A DNA stretch of 64,000 nt, from positions 1,120,001-1,184,000 of the forward strand of contig CBDCRP010000002.1 in NCBI GenBank assembly GCA_965221165.1, in the 5' to 3' direction. This stretch comes from a bacterium (GTDB taxonomy: Bacteria > UBA8248). Of this stretch, positions 10,367 through 20,381 are shown one piece after another; within the stretch, counting starts at the first letter, position 1, and each line of letters opens with the position of its first letter. Made by a program: the position numbers and the translations under genes. Under the pieces are notes generated by a model that was not told the DNA's origin, ran no database searches, and saw only the letters and a program-made list of their open reading frames with translations.

Positions 10367-11219
10367 CATGAAAATTGAAGTTGTTGTTGATGAATTCGGA
10401 CCGCAATTCGAAATCTGAAGGCAACAAATTGCCCACAAAAATGGATTTTCCGATGCCACCTGCGCCTTTCAGAATGGGAATGTAATCCATTTTGGTTCCA
10501 GGATTGAACATCCTCTCGATCCCGCCGAGATAGATATATCTCCCCACAGCCCGATTGTATTCGTTATCCTCCACACCGAAGCAATCGAGCAGGCATCTCT
10601 CATGATACTGATCACCAGATTGGCCCATTTCCTCATAAATGGATTTGATAAACTCAGCCACTACGTTCTTTTTATTATCCAGCGCCAAACTTTCCACGGC
10701 ATCACGCATCATCACATTCGAGAATTCCGCCTCGGAAGAGTCTTTCCCACTACCAAATTTGAACTTCTCTGCTATTTCCGTGCGAAGTTGCAAAACATCG
10801 TCATCACCTAGGCGAGATGTCTCTTCATTTCTTTGAATGTAAATGGTGCCTGAAACGACATCTTTGAATAGATGGACCTTGAGTTGTTGCAGAGCATCTT
10901 TCGCGCCCATGATTTTTTTCTTCAGGACTTGATCGTTATCAATCTCTTTGTTCTCTTTGTTCGTGATTTCTTTCTGATATGTTTCCGCATCAATCCAGAT
11001 TTGCCGTAGTTCTTCATCAGAAAAACACTCATACCCATCAAAATTCTCCTGGTTCAATCTGAGAAACGATGCTTTACACTGATTGAAATTCGCAGGTGGA
11101 ATTTTCCCATCCAGATAGCTCATCCAAGCCTCGTTTGAGAAAGCTTCTAGTTCCGTGCGTAACTCGATTTTCTTGAAGTTTGTTTCGGGGTGTGACTTTG
11201 TTTCTGTGTTGTTCGACAT
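10367..11219 (-). pseudogene. VapE/VirE-like (phage/ICE primase-helicase-associated) P-loop protein, truncated by IS3
   Basis: AT-rich ORF with NPGTKMDYIPILKGAGGIGKS (VapE-type Walker A). The frame runs straight into the IS3 end. Confidence 0.7.
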
Positions 11220-11876
11220 GATTCTTCCTCCTTGATTTGGGTTAAAGTGCTCTGATCTCATTGCTATTGGGTTTTTTTGAGATTGGGGAGTGCGCCCACT
11301 CCCCAAAAACCCAAATCAAAGAAGCCAGAACATGGGTATTTATACGGAGACTCTGACTTTTCTTTGAGGAAAATGAAAAATAGTTATAATTTGCCTCTAG
11401 GCGTGCATATTTCGACGCTGAGAGCACATCTCTCCCATAGCCAGTCCGTTAGCATTGTTTCGTTTTTTGATTTACTTGAGCAGCGTTTCGATGAGTAGGT
11501 TCTTACCGAAGCCAAGGAGAGAAAGCGACAATCGTTTCTTCAGATCAACAATTTACACACGCTATAGATGTGCGAAATTCCATACTTCCACGAATCCCTT
11601 CAAAATAAACATATTCTATTGATTTATAAGGGGTTGTATTGTTTTCAGGAAATCAATAAATGTCAGGGAGTATCTACCCCTTGGTCGATTTTATTTTAGT
11701 AAATTGGCAGAAATGACATTTGTAACTCATTTAGTATCAATAAGTTATTATTTGATTTTCACGTTTCGCAACATTTGTTTTAGTTCTGGAATTTCCTCTG
11801 AGAACTTTTTGGTAAGTATCAAATTGGAGAGCAGTTTACCTAGATAGGAACTTACTCCGAAGCGTCAGAGAACTGC

Positions 11877-12956
11877 ATGCTTGGAACTTACAAGAGGAGA
11901 TGGAAAGCTAGGTACCAACTGCCATCGTTAAGCGAGGAGCTTTACAGGATGGGAACAGCCAGTCGTCACCTGCGCCTAATGCTGGCCTCGGGGGTGACTA
12001 CCATGCGCAACCCCAGCGAGCGCAGTTGGCGCGGCGTGGTGTGCCGGGAAGCGGTTCGTTCGGGGTTCCTCGCGGGCCCCCGCCTCTGGGTGGGCGCGCG
12101 TGGCATCCGGCCCACTCATGGATGGGGACAGAACGCGTTCCCTGTGGATGGAGAGGATTCTTTGCGGCGCTTTGTGCGGGAGAACATCGAGGGAGGCGCA
12201 GATTTCATCAAGATCTACGCGAGCGGGGAGGTCTTTCAGAACACCGCAGAGACGGCCTACATGAGCCGCTTGGAGGTGCGCGCCGTGGCGGAAGAGGCAC
12301 ATCGGGTTGGAAAGAAGGTAGCTGCTCACTGTCATGGCGGGGAGATTCTAAATATTTGCCTCGAGGAAGGGGTGGACTGCATCGAGCACGGCGCCATGTT
12401 GACGGGAGAACACCTTGACCTCTTTAAGACTCACGGCGCTTGGCTCATCTGCACTTTCAATCCTTATCTCCATCCAAGCGCCCTTGAGGGAGAGCGGTCT
12501 TCCGCTCACGTCGAAGGCGTCCGCCGTGCACGCGCAAACATGGAAAAACGCTTCCCGACGGCCTTGCGCTCGGGCATTCGCTTCACAGTAGGTACGGACG
12601 GGCGGCATGGGAATCTGACTTTTGAGCTTGAGTGCTTGGTGCGATTTGGTCTCTCGCCCCTTGAAGCCATTCAGGCCGCCACGCGTGACGCTGCAGAAGC
12701 GTGTGAGATGGGAGACCAGGTTGGTACCCTGGAGCCTGGAAAGCTCGCTGACCTCATCGCTACCGAGGGAAACCCATTGCAGGACATTTCTGCGCTTCAC
12801 CGGGTGCGGGTGGTGATGAAGGAAGGCCTCCTGTACGAGAACCTTGTCCAATCTTGGGAGTCCAGGGACTTGGAACCCGGGCCAGCATCTCAGGAGGGCA
12901 CGTCACTCGGGGTCGCTACGCCTCGCCCTCCGGCCATATTGGGGGGACTCTCATAG
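11877..12956 (+). pseudogene. Amidohydrolase-family (prolidase-like) protein, N-terminally truncated
   Basis: GVTTMR, GADFIKIYASG, VAAHCHG, IEHG, GTDG and GTLEPGKLADLI are present. The N-terminal beta domain and DxHxH metal motif are missing, and upstream DNA is unrelated AT-rich sequence. Confidence 0.7.
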
Positions 12957-13240
12957 GGAGTGGTAAAGCTATCTGGGATAGATTCAAGCCAGAGGAGTGT
13001 CCTGAGGATATCTTTCGGTGGACTTAATTGCCTTCTCCGCGAGAGACACCGCCGAGGAAGGAAAATTAGGCCGGATTTTGCTGGATTAAGAGTGTTGCCG
13101 CATAATTCTGGCAAAAAGAGAAAACGCCGCTTTGAGGCCCGTGTTTTGGCCTGAGGAGGTGCCTCACATGGCGGCTTCTGCTAAACATGGTGAACTCTTT
13201 ACGAGAAAGACGGTCGAATGGCGAGCCAATGGCGCGAAAC

Positions 13241-13269
13241 TTGAGAACGGGCGGCGGTTGCCGTATAAT
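13241..13269 (+). promoter_or_regulatory. sigma70-type promoter upstream of the ABC substrate-binding gene
   Basis: TTGAGA-N17-TATAAT about 110 bp before ATG 13382. Confidence 0.6.
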
Positions 13270-13381
13270 TTCAGAGTATATGGGAAATTTCGGTTGAAGG
13301 GACTTCGGGTGCTCGGGGATGGGGGAGGCCAAAAAGTGGCCTCGCACTTCGGTGTTGTTCCACTTCGTGGAGGAAAATAAA

Positions 13382-14410
13382 ATGAAGAATTGGGCGATCA
13401 GGTACCTTGGCATCGTGATTTGTACGGCAGCGATAGGAACAGCTCCTGCTATTGGTTCGGAGTATCCTCCCGAACTCGTTTCCGCCGCGAAGAAGGAAGG
13501 CAAGCTCGTTATCTACTGCTCTCACCGGCGCAAGATCATGATCCCGGCGAGCAAGGAGTTTGAAAGATTGTTCGGCATCAAGGTGGATCACACGCGGAAG
13601 TCGAGCAAGGGTGTCATCCGGATAGTCGAAGCCGAGCGCATGGCGGGACGGCAAAGGGTCGATATCATTTGCATCGGCGACAGGACGGCGCTGATCCGGT
13701 GGGGGAAAGAGAAGGAAGTGATCCCTTATCAACCGAAAAACAAAAGCATGATGGACCCCATCTTGCGACCGAGGGAAAACTTCATCAACGACAAGTATGT
13801 TCTTAATATGGCCATCACCTACAACACCAAGAAGGTGGCCAAGTCGGAAGTGCCGAAAACTTGGAAAGACCTTTTGGACCCCAAATGGAAGGACCGGATC
13901 GTCATGGCAGCTCCTTCAACGGGATCGGGGCTCGCCACTTTCGGCGTCTTATTAAAGAAATACGGTTGGAATTACTACAAAAAACTCGCGAGGAACCGTC
14001 CTCTGATCGTTATGCAGAGTAAGGCCGGCGAGGTTACGATCATTCGGGGAGAGCGGGATATCGGACCTGGCGTCGTCAGCGTAGCGAATAAGCTCAGGAG
14101 GAAGGGGGAACCCATCGGGATAGCATTAATGGAAGATGTCACGCCGATGTTTCTTGGCGGCTCCGTAATCTGGAAACACGGCGGCCACCCCAACGCGGCA
14201 AAGCTGTGGATGGAATTCGAGCTCAGCAAATTCTATCAGAATCTCATAGTCCAACAAAGTTATTTTGGGGTTCGCAAAGATATGCCTTTGCCCAAAGGGG
14301 CACCGTCCCTCAGCGGGTTGAATCGGGAAACGCCGGATTATAAATGGCTGCTGGCAAACAAGACGAAACTGCTGAAAAAGTTTGATAAAATCATGGGGAA
14401 ACACAAATGA
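13382..14410 (+). CDS. ABC transporter substrate-binding protein (FbpA/AfuA/thiamine-like type 2)
   Basis: Signal peptide; AAKKEGKLVIY, PKTWKDLLDPKWKD, HPNAAKLWMEF. GGAGG RBS. Confidence 0.9.
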   Translation: MKNWAIRYLGIVICTAAIGTAPAIGSEYPPELVSAAKKEGKLVIYCSHRRKIMIPASKEFERLFGIKVDHTRKSSKGVIRIVEAERMAGRQRVDIICIGDRTALIRWGKEKEVIPYQPKNKSMMDPILRPRENFINDKYVLNMAITYNTKKVAKSEVPKTWKDLLDPKWKDRIVMAAPSTGSGLATFGVLLKKYGWNYYKKLARNRPLIVMQSKAGEVTIIRGERDIGPGVVSVANKLRRKGEPIGIALMEDVTPMFLGGSVIWKHGGHPNAAKLWMEFELSKFYQNLIVQQSYFGVRKDMPLPKGAPSLSGLNRETPDYKWLLANKTKLLKKFDKIMGKHK

Positions 14411-14469
14411 GTAAAATGAATAACAGTAGATCCATCTGATATGTCGAACCACTTTGAGGAGGGTTTCAA

Positions 14470-15762
14470 TTGACGCATGAAACTCGCGAGCAGAGGATCC
14501 GCCGTATCAAGGAGAAGTTAAGCCGGGACCGCGGCCGGCCCAACGATGGCGTTCTCTTCGGGGTGGAGGTGGACCCCGATTATTTCGAGGCGTTCTCCCA
14601 GGTGGGCTGGGGCTTCTTCAATCGGGATAAGCCCCGCCATGTGCCCGAAAAGATGCGGGCGATTCTCGCCGCGATCGTCACATGCTCGGTCCTCTGGAAG
14701 AAGGATCCAACGGAACCTGGCGCTACACTCCACTGCGAGAGGGCGCTGGAGCATGGCGCCACCATGGAGGAGATTTTGGAGGCGTTCGAGGTTGCCGGCT
14801 TCGCGGGGGGACACCCGCTTCTCCTGATGGGCCTGAGAGTTCTCAAGGAAATCGCCGGCAAAAAGGGCGGACTGAAAGAGCCCGGGAACGGGTTAGAGAG
14901 TCCACGCGCTGGAGCCTCCTCGGAGACTCGCGAGGAAAGGGTCCGCCGCATTACCGAGAAGATGGATCGGGACCGGGGCTATACCGACGAGGCCCTAGGC
15001 TTTGGCGCCCGACTGGACCCGGATTACTTCGAACCGTACTCCGAGATAGGCTGGGGCTTCTTCAATCCGGATAGACCTCGCCACCTGCCCCAGAAGAATC
15101 GGGAAATCATCGCCGTCGTCGTCGTGGCTCTCAGGGGGAGCGAGGAGGACGCCTACCACCACTGCAAAAGGGCGCTCCAGCATGGCTCCACCATGGAGGA
15201 AGTCCTGGAGGCGTTCGAGGTGAGTGGCCTCCCCGGGGGAACTCCGCACCTACTGAGGGGCCTGAGGATCCTCAAACGGATTGCCGACGAAGGGGGAGGA
15301 CTGAAAGATCCAATTGGTGGGCCTGGGGGCCCTCGCGGAAAAAGAATCCGCCGTATCACCGAGAAGATGAGCCGGGACCAAGGCCGGATCGACGAGGCCC
15401 TAGGCTTTGGCGCCCGACTGGACCCGGATTACTTCGAACCGTACTCCGAGATAGGCTGGGGCTTCTTCAATCCGGACAAGCCCGGCCGCTTCTTGCCCCA
15501 CAAGACGCGCGAAACAATTGCCGCGGCCCTGATGGCCTTCAGGACGGACGAGGAGGGCGTCGCCATCCACTGCAAGAGGGCGCTGGAGTACGGCGCCACC
15601 ATCGAAGAAATGGTAGAGGTGTTCGAAGTGTGTCTCGTCCCCGCGGGAGCCGGGGCCCAATTATTTGGGCTGAGGGCCCTTAAGCGCATCGTTGAGAGGG
15701 CGGGTGCGTCATGTGATGGAGGTTCTTGGATGAGTGAGCTGAAAGAGGAGGTTCTTGAATGA
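14470..15762 (+). CDS. Three-repeat carboxymuconolactone decarboxylase (CMD/AhpD)-family protein
   Basis: Three ~135 aa repeats, each with DPDYFE...GWGFFN...K.R...HC[EK]RAL.[HY]G.T.EE..E.FEV. Confidence 0.8.
   Translation: MTHETREQRIRRIKEKLSRDRGRPNDGVLFGVEVDPDYFEAFSQVGWGFFNRDKPRHVPEKMRAILAAIVTCSVLWKKDPTEPGATLHCERALEHGATMEEILEAFEVAGFAGGHPLLLMGLRVLKEIAGKKGGLKEPGNGLESPRAGASSETREERVRRITEKMDRDRGYTDEALGFGARLDPDYFEPYSEIGWGFFNPDRPRHLPQKNREIIAVVVVALRGSEEDAYHHCKRALQHGSTMEEVLEAFEVSGLPGGTPHLLRGLRILKRIADEGGGLKDPIGGPGGPRGKRIRRITEKMSRDQGRIDEALGFGARLDPDYFEPYSEIGWGFFNPDKPGRFLPHKTRETIAAALMAFRTDEEGVAIHCKRALEYGATIEEMVEVFEVCLVPAGAGAQLFGLRALKRIVERAGASCDGGSWMSELKEEVLE
14985..15476 (+). repeat. 87 bp identical direct repeat inside the CMD gene (14985-15071 and 15390-15476)
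   Basis: CGACGAGGCCCTAGGC...TTCAATCCGGA occurs twice, offset 405 bp. Confidence 0.9.
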
Positions 15763-15775
15763 GCGAGCTGAAAGA
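15718..15775 (+). repeat. 29 bp tandem duplication of RBS plus start codon region
   Basis: GGAGGTTCTTGGATGAGTGAGCTGAAAGA and GGAGGTTCTTGAATGAGCGAGCTGAAAGA, 2 mismatches. Confidence 0.9.
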
Positions 15776-16409
15776 GCCCATCGTGGTGGTGAAGTATTCC
15801 GATTTCACCTGACCCTACTGCTATGTGGCCACCGTCGGTGGAATCCCGATTCTGGAGCAGGATCCGGACGTGGAGGTCGAGTGGGTGAGCTGGGAGGGAA
15901 GGCCGCCCGGCGCCCCGTTCAAGTCCTTCACGCCGGAGGAGCGGCAGGAAGTCTACCAGAAGGTGCACAAGCCCCTAGCGGACAAGTACGGAGTGGATAT
16001 CATCGTCGTCTCAAAGAACAGCTACCGCACCACGAACGCCCACATGACCTCCTTCTACGCCCGGGACATGGGCAAGTTCGTGGGGTTCCGGGACCGGGTG
16101 TACCAGGCCCTCTGGGTGGACAACCTCGACCTGGAGAGCCCCGACGTGCTCGCCCGGCTCGGGGAGGATGTGGGCCTCGACGGGGATGAGATCCGGAAGG
16201 TGATCGAGGAGAAGCGCTACTTCGGCGCGCTCCAGAGCCAGCGCGCCCAGGGAAAGAGTCTCGGGATCTTCGGCATCCCCTGCTTCGTGGTGGAGGGCAA
16301 GATATTCTGGGGAAAAGACGTGATCGACGATCTAAAAGAGGAGGTCGCGCGGCTGAAAAAAGAGAAGCTCGCCGAGCAGGTAAAAGAGGAATGGGGCTGT
16401 CCTAGCTAA
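15759..16409 (+). CDS. DsbA/FrnE-like thioredoxin-fold protein with in-frame TGA; probable selenoprotein (UxxC)
   Basis: ATG 15759 (GGAGG RBS, ATGA overlap with the CMD stop) reads MSELKEPIVVVKYSDFT-TGA(15810-12)-PYCYVATV... in frame with ORF 15825-16409, which carries the cis-Pro loop GIFGIPCFVV..FWG. Confidence 0.85.
15829..15841 (+). promoter_or_regulatory. SECIS-like hairpin downstream of the UGA
   Basis: CCACC-GTC-GGTGG, with loop GU 22-23 nt after the UGA. Confidence 0.55.
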
Positions 16410-17112
16410 GCGGCTTGTTTAGTCTAGGATGGCGTGATGTACGAGAGGAAAAGCCGGCTCAGTGATTGGAAGCGCGGTCGTCTGATTGAGCACTTCGTTG
16501 CCGGTACGACGGCTCGGGCGGCAGCCGAACTGGTTGGCGTCCACCGGAACACGGCGGTCTCATTTTATACTCGGCTTCGCAAGGTGATTGCCGAGGCAAT
16601 GGAGAAAGCCTCGCCTTTTGCCGGAGAGATCGAGGTTGATGAGAGTTATTTTGGCGGCCGCCGCAAAGGCAAGCGGGGTCGAGGCGCTGGCGGAAAAGTC
16701 CCGGTTTTCGGGCTTTTGAAGCGAGGTGGGAAGGTCTACACGGCGATGATCCCCAATGCCCGGACTGCCACGTTGATGCCGATTATGGAGCGTATGATCC
16801 GGCCTGACAGCATCGTCTATACGGACGGTTTTTCGAGCTATGATGCCCTGGACGTTTCGGACTTCCACCATGTTCGGATCAATCACTCGGAGCGGTTCGT
16901 CGATGAGCGGAGCCATATCAACGGGACCGAGAACTTCTGGAACCAGGCGAAGCGGCATTTACGGCGCTTCAATGGCGTCCCGAAACAGAGCTTTCACCTG
17001 TTCCTGAAGGAGTGCGAATGGCGGTTCAACGGAGGTGATCACCGAGAACTGCTTAACCAATTGAAGACATGGATCATTTTGAGACAGAAACGTACTTAGC
17101 TAGGACAGCCCC
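16393..17112 (+). mobile_element. IS1595-family (IS1016-like) element, complete
   Basis: Perfect 18 bp terminal inverted repeats GGGGCTGTCCTAGCTAAG / CTTAGCTAGGACAGCCCC. Flanking (A)AGAGGAA duplication. Confidence 0.93.
16434..17099 (+). CDS. IS1595-family transposase
   Basis: EVDESYFGG, VYTDG, HINGTENFW, LKECEWRFN motifs. Confidence 0.93.
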   Translation: MMYERKSRLSDWKRGRLIEHFVAGTTARAAAELVGVHRNTAVSFYTRLRKVIAEAMEKASPFAGEIEVDESYFGGRRKGKRGRGAGGKVPVFGLLKRGGKVYTAMIPNARTATLMPIMERMIRPDSIVYTDGFSSYDALDVSDFHHVRINHSERFVDERSHINGTENFWNQAKRHLRRFNGVPKQSFHLFLKECEWRFNGGDHRELLNQLKTWIILRQKRT

Positions 17113-17235
17113 AAGAGGAAAGCTAAGCGCAACTTCGTGCTTAAATGGACAGAGAGATCTATTCGTTAAAGCCGCGTTAGAGCAGACACAATGAGGGGAG
17201 AAATGAGCTAGTACAAAAGCGAAATTCGAGGCGGC

Positions 17236-17481
17236 ATGCGCATCGACTGGGACGTTCCGCTCGAAATTGACGATGACGTAGTTCTGCGTGCCGACGTCTT
17301 TCGGCCCGTCGAGGAGAGGAATATTCACAAAGACAGAGGCTTCGTCTACGATGTTTTGGGTTTCGGCGCCCAGCTCGACTCCGACTCTTTCGAAGTCTAC
17401 TCCCAGATGCACTACGGCTTTTTCAAAGAAGAACCTCGCAACCTCGATCCCAAGACCCGCGAGCTGATCGAGAATCAATAG
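17236..17481 (+). pseudogene. Chimeric remnant: CocE/NonD hydrolase N-terminus fused to a CMD-repeat fragment
   Basis: MRIDWDVPLEIDDDVVLRADVFRP (CocE-like start) followed by DRGFVYDVLGFGAQLDSDSFEVYSQMHYGFF...LDPKTRELI, which resembles the repeats in 14470-15762. Confidence 0.6.
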
Positions 17482-17498
17482 AAATTTAAGGAAATGGT

Positions 17499-19235
17499 AT
17501 GGCGGTAGCAACGTCAAGTCGCGGTTCTCTCTGGTTGGGCCTCGTGGGGGCAGTGCGCGGCTGGCGCCATGAAGCCCTTCGCTCGCTTATTTTTCTCGCC
17601 ACCGCCATTATCCTCGGATTTTTTGTCCTCTACCCTCTTGGAATTTTGTTCAAGCGAAGCCTGTACGACTACGACGTACAAGTGTGGACCCTGAACAACT
17701 ACAGGACCTTTTTCTCTGATCCGGAACTTCTCGATGCTTTCTGGACCACGATCAAGCTTGCAATCGGGACATCCATATTTTCCCTCGTTGTAGCGCTTCC
17801 GATGGCGTGGGGAGTTTCCCGGACGGACATGCCTTTCCGGGGATTCATCCGCTCCATGGTGGTGCTCACCTTCGCCACCCCGAGCTTCCTGGGGGCGATT
17901 GGATGGATTGTCCTGCTCGGTCCCCGGGCGGGCATATTGAACAAGGCATTCATGTGGATTTTCTCGACCGACACACCGCTGTTCAACATCTTCAGTTTCG
18001 CCGGGATGACCTTCGTAATGGGGTTGTTCGTCTATCCTTTCCTTTTCTTCTCGGTCGTCTCGGCGCTCGACAACATGGACCCGAGCTACGAGCAGTCCGC
18101 CCGGATCCTGGGTTCCAACAACTTCCGGGTGATGCGGACCGTGACCCTTCCCATTGTCACCCCGGCTATCCTGTCAGGGCTCATACTCGTAATTTTGGAG
18201 AGTTTTGTCGTTTTCGGAGCGCCGGCCATTGTGGGAAACCCTGTCCATATCCAGACCCTATCGACCCAGGTCTATACCCTGTTTTCGAACGATCCGCCCC
18301 AATTCCACATGGCCGCGACGGCAGCGACGCCGATTGTCATCGTGACCGCAATCTTGCTGGTCCTCCAGCGCTTTTATCTGGGGCGGAAGCAATACGTCAC
18401 CATCACCGGCAAATCTCCTCAGCCCCAATTGGTGGATATCGGCCAGTGGAAATATGCTCTCGGGGCATATTCGTTCGGCATCGTCTTCGTGAGCATCATT
18501 CTCCCGATGCTGGCGCTTTTCGAGTCCTCCATCCTGCGCATCTGGGGCGCTCCGCTTTCATTTTCCAATCTCACTTTCGAGAACTACATCAACCTGTTCA
18601 CCACCTCGGACGTCGTGGTGCGCGCGTTCACGAACAGTTTCAAGCTCGCTGTCGGCGCCGCCTTTGTCTGTATCGGGTTTACCTTTGTCATGGCGTGGAT
18701 CGTCGAGCGAACGAATGTGCCCGGAAAGGAGGGCCTCGCGCTGCTTTCGATGATCGGAATGGCGTTTCCCGGGGTCGCCCTCGGGGTGGCGCTCGTGCTC
18801 GCGTTCGCGGGCGGCCCGCTCCCGCTCTACGGCACCCTTTGGCTGTTCCTCATCGGCTACTTCGTCAAGGGAACGCCCATCGCCTTCATGTTCGCCCGGG
18901 CCTCCCTGAAGCAGATTCACGAGGAGCTTGAGCAGAGCTCGCGCGTCCTCGGGGCGCACTGGGCCAAGACGATGAAGGACATCACCCTTCCTCTCATGAA
19001 GAAGGCGTTGCTCTCCGTCGGAACGATCATTTTCTGCCTGAAATTCCGCGAAATGGCGACTTCCATCATGCTCTACACGGGCGGGCTCGAGGTGATCTCG
19101 ATCCTCATCTTCGAATACATCGAAGAGGCGGAGATGGGAACCCTGGGCGCCCTGACGTTCCTCGTATTTTGCGTTAATCTGACTCTTATCGGGCTTTCCC
19201 GCAGAATCGTGGGAAAGGGCGCGTTCGAGATGTGA
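17499..19235 (+). CDS. ABC transporter permease (FbpB-like, two TM domains)
   Basis: Two EAA-like loops (YEQSARILG, LEQSSRVLGA); 578 aa, hydrophobic. Confidence 0.92.
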   Translation: MAVATSSRGSLWLGLVGAVRGWRHEALRSLIFLATAIILGFFVLYPLGILFKRSLYDYDVQVWTLNNYRTFFSDPELLDAFWTTIKLAIGTSIFSLVVALPMAWGVSRTDMPFRGFIRSMVVLTFATPSFLGAIGWIVLLGPRAGILNKAFMWIFSTDTPLFNIFSFAGMTFVMGLFVYPFLFFSVVSALDNMDPSYEQSARILGSNNFRVMRTVTLPIVTPAILSGLILVILESFVVFGAPAIVGNPVHIQTLSTQVYTLFSNDPPQFHMAATAATPIVIVTAILLVLQRFYLGRKQYVTITGKSPQPQLVDIGQWKYALGAYSFGIVFVSIILPMLALFESSILRIWGAPLSFSNLTFENYINLFTTSDVVVRAFTNSFKLAVGAAFVCIGFTFVMAWIVERTNVPGKEGLALLSMIGMAFPGVALGVALVLAFAGGPLPLYGTLWLFLIGYFVKGTPIAFMFARASLKQIHEELEQSSRVLGAHWAKTMKDITLPLMKKALLSVGTIIFCLKFREMATSIMLYTGGLEVISILIFEYIEEAEMGTLGALTFLVFCVNLTLIGLSRRIVGKGAFEM

Positions 19236-19247
19236 GGCGGGAAACCG

Positions 19248-20333
19248 ATGCCGGATCTATCCATTAACGGCCTGACGAAGGCCTTCGGCGAGACCATCGC
19301 CGTCAATGACCTTTCGCTCGAATTCAAAGAGGGCGAATCGGTGGTGCTGCTCGGCCCGAGTGGGTGCGGAAAGACCACGCTCCTCAAGCTGATCGCGGGT
19401 TTCCTCCAGCCAGGCGCGGGCGAGATCGCCATTGGCGGCCGGGTCATCTCGACCCGCCACGAGATGCTTCCCCCGGACCACAGGAAAATGTCGATGGTGT
19501 TCCAGTCCTACGCCATCTGGCCGCACAAGTCGGTGTTCCAGAACGTGGCCTACGGGCTCGAAGTGCGGAAGATTAAAAAGGCCGAGATCGAAAGGAAAGT
19601 GATGAACGCCCTTTCCCTCGTCCAACTCGACGGCCTCGAGGGCCGCTACTCCACCGAGCTCTCGGGCGGACAGCAGCAGCGCGTGGCCCTGGCGCGAGCG
19701 ATCGTGGTCGAACCCTCCCTTCTTCTGCTGGACGAGCCTCTCTCGAACCTCGACGCCAACCTCAGGGTTGAGATGCGCGGGGAGCTGGCCGACCTCCACG
19801 ACCGGCTGGGCATCACGTTCATCTACGTCACCCACGATCAGGCCGAGGCGATGGTCCTGGGGGATCGGGTCGTTTTGATGAATCAGGGAGTCATGGTCCA
19901 GCAGGGCCCGCCCGAGGAGATCTACGAGACCCCAAAGACCCGTTTCGCGGCGAATTTCATAGGGACCTCGAACATTTTCACCGGGTCGGTGGCCAGCGGG
20001 GCCGGTGCCAACGGCGCGATCCGGGTGGACACGAAGTTCGGGCCGGTCGCCGTGGCGCTGGGCGCCAGGCAGGCCCCCCCCACGGGGGAGGAGGCGCACT
20101 TCTGCATCCGGTCCGAACTCGTTCAGATTCATCCGGGCGCGCCTTCTCCCGAGTCCAACCGGTATACGGCACGGATCCTCAAGCGGCAGTACTACGGCAA
20201 GCACGTTCAGTACGTCATGGATCTCGCGGGCGAGGAGCTTCAGGTGGAGTCTTTATCGGACATGAACGTCTCGGCGGGATCGGAAGTGACTATCGAATTA
20301 CCTCCGGAGCATTGTGTGTTCCTGGAGGAGTAA
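19248..20333 (+). CDS. ABC transporter ATP-binding protein (FbpC/PotA-like)
   Basis: [27 protein letters not shown], and a C-terminal TOBE-like region. Confidence 0.93.
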   Translation: MPDLSINGLTKAFGETIAVNDLSLEFKEGESVVLLGPSGCGKTTLLKLIAGFLQPGAGEIAIGGRVISTRHEMLPPDHRKMSMVFQSYAIWPHKSVFQNVAYGLEVRKIKKAEIERKVMNALSLVQLDGLEGRYSTELSGGQQQRVALARAIVVEPSLLLLDEPLSNLDANLRVEMRGELADLHDRLGITFIYVTHDQAEAMVLGDRVVLMNQGVMVQQGPPEEIYETPKTRFAANFIGTSNIFTGSVASGAGANGAIRVDTKFGPVAVALGARQAPPTGEEAHFCIRSELVQIHPGAPSPESNRYTARILKRQYYGKHVQYVMDLAGEELQVESLSDMNVSAGSEVTIELPPEHCVFLEE

Positions 20334-20381
20334 CCGGAAACCACTCGGTGCATCGGCACACATCACACAGGGGAGAACATC

